Virus record (IMG/VR): IMGVR_UViG_3300007734_000748
Span: 769-64,768 of that record
Reading direction: 5' to 3' (one strand)
Source of the DNA: a virus
Taxonomy: Duplodnaviria > Caudoviricetes
DNA: 64,000 nucleotides
Below the pieces are notes generated by a model. It saw only the letters and a list, made by a program, of their open reading frames with translations, made no database searches and was not told where the DNA came from. The position numbers were made by a program, and so were the translations under genes. This document shows positions 63,485 to 64,000 of this stretch, piece by piece (the first letter of the stretch is position 1; the number at the start of each line of letters is the position of its first letter).

Positions 63485-63624
63485 AAGCACCACCAGGGAA
63501 AGGCGCTTGCCTGATGATGGCAAAGATAACCTATCCCCGCAATGAGGAACTCAGTTGGAAATGGTTGCTGGCATGGGGGTTTTATGAAATGTATGTTGAT
63601 GCATGGTATGGAGGTAAAGCATGA
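63481..63624 (+). CDS. hypothetical protein (paralog of 371-520)
   Basis: MKAPPGKGACLMMAKITYPRNEELSWKWLLAWGFYEMYVDAWYGGKA. Confidence 0.7.
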   Translation: MKAPPGKGACLMMAKITYPRNEELSWKWLLAWGFYEMYVDAWYGGKA

Positions 63625-63860
63625 AACAAGATGAAGTAATTTTTAGATTGAAATCCATTGTTCACAGTAACCAGCACTACACCACCTGGACGGTGTCCAC
63701 CCCGCATCTGGTGCAGTTGGTCAACAGTGCAATTGAGATGGAGCGTGAGGAGTGCGCCAAGATATTGGATGCCAACGCCATGGCTTGCCACACACCAATC
63801 ATGCGAAGCCTATTGCAATCAAACGCCACCGCCATTCGATCAAGAGGAGAACAAGCATGA
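63621..63860 (+). CDS. small protein (EREACAK family)
   Basis: EREECAKILD...NATAIRSRG. Confidence 0.7.
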   Translation: MKQDEVIFRLKSIVHSNQHYTTWTVSTPHLVQLVNSAIEMEREECAKILDANAMACHTPIMRSLLQSNATAIRSRGEQA

Positions 63861-64000
63861 CTAAAGAACAAGTCCTACAAATCATCAAACTGTTGTCGGC
63901 GGTTGAATCATGGTCATATGCAGACAAGCACCGAATGCCCGACTACCTGTATGAGCGGATTGATGAAGCTATGACACTGTTGGAACAAGAGGTGCTGAAA
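63857..64000 (+). CDS. hypothetical protein (paralog of 517-663), cut by the window end
   Basis: MTKEQVLQIIKLLSAVESWSYADKHRMPDYLYERIDEAMTLLEQEVLK. Confidence 0.7.
   Translation, partial: MTKEQVLQIIKLLSAVESWSYADKHRMPDYLYERIDEAMTLLEQEVLK

Noticed and set aside
1-64000. Prophage with flanking host DNA or att sites
   Set aside because: No host housekeeping genes, integrase or tRNA target seen; both ends fall in the same phage accessory region
1-64000. Alternative genetic code
   Set aside because: Long genes are uninterrupted under the standard code, and TAA, TGA and TAG all end genes

Overview
The window is essentially one complete ~63 kb tailed dsDNA phage genome (podovirus-like architecture), opened inside its region of small accessory genes. 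A + strand replication arm (HNH, SNF2 helicase, SSB-like, HTH, primase-DUF927 helicase; 1-7.5 kb) converges on a ~40 kb - strand virion operon. That operon runs terS, terL, portal, GroES-like, scaffold, Mu-gpT-like capsid, glycosyltransferase, small basic proteins, adaptors, three S74-chaperone tail fibres, a lysis cassette, tail stabilisation and ejection proteins, ending in a 2462-aa polyvalent protein. A divergent + strand early/middle arm follows (47.7-64 kb: MoxR-like AAA + DUF2201 vWA, DUF3150-like, VRR-NUC, family A DNA polymerase, PD-(D/E)xK exonuclease, DUF3310, modular small genes). I recognised no integrase, tRNA, CRISPR array or reverse transcriptase. The main unexplained signals are: (1) seven copies of a 29-bp palindrome GGA-N4-TCGACA-N3-TGTCGA-N4-TCC confined to the early region, mostly in front of genes; (2) a plausible gene nested out of frame inside the giant virion protein; (3) a [MYFK]xxGG motif shared by many probable internal virion proteins; (4) two pseudoknot-rich RNA leaders; (5) a lysis-region gene apparently starting at ATT; (6) a virion-cluster protein with Cys-rich repeats; (7) an origin-like inverted repeat; (8) diverged copies of the same genes at both ends of the window. 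Family assignments come from motif recognition by eye, not database searches. A freshwater proteobacterial host is only an inference.
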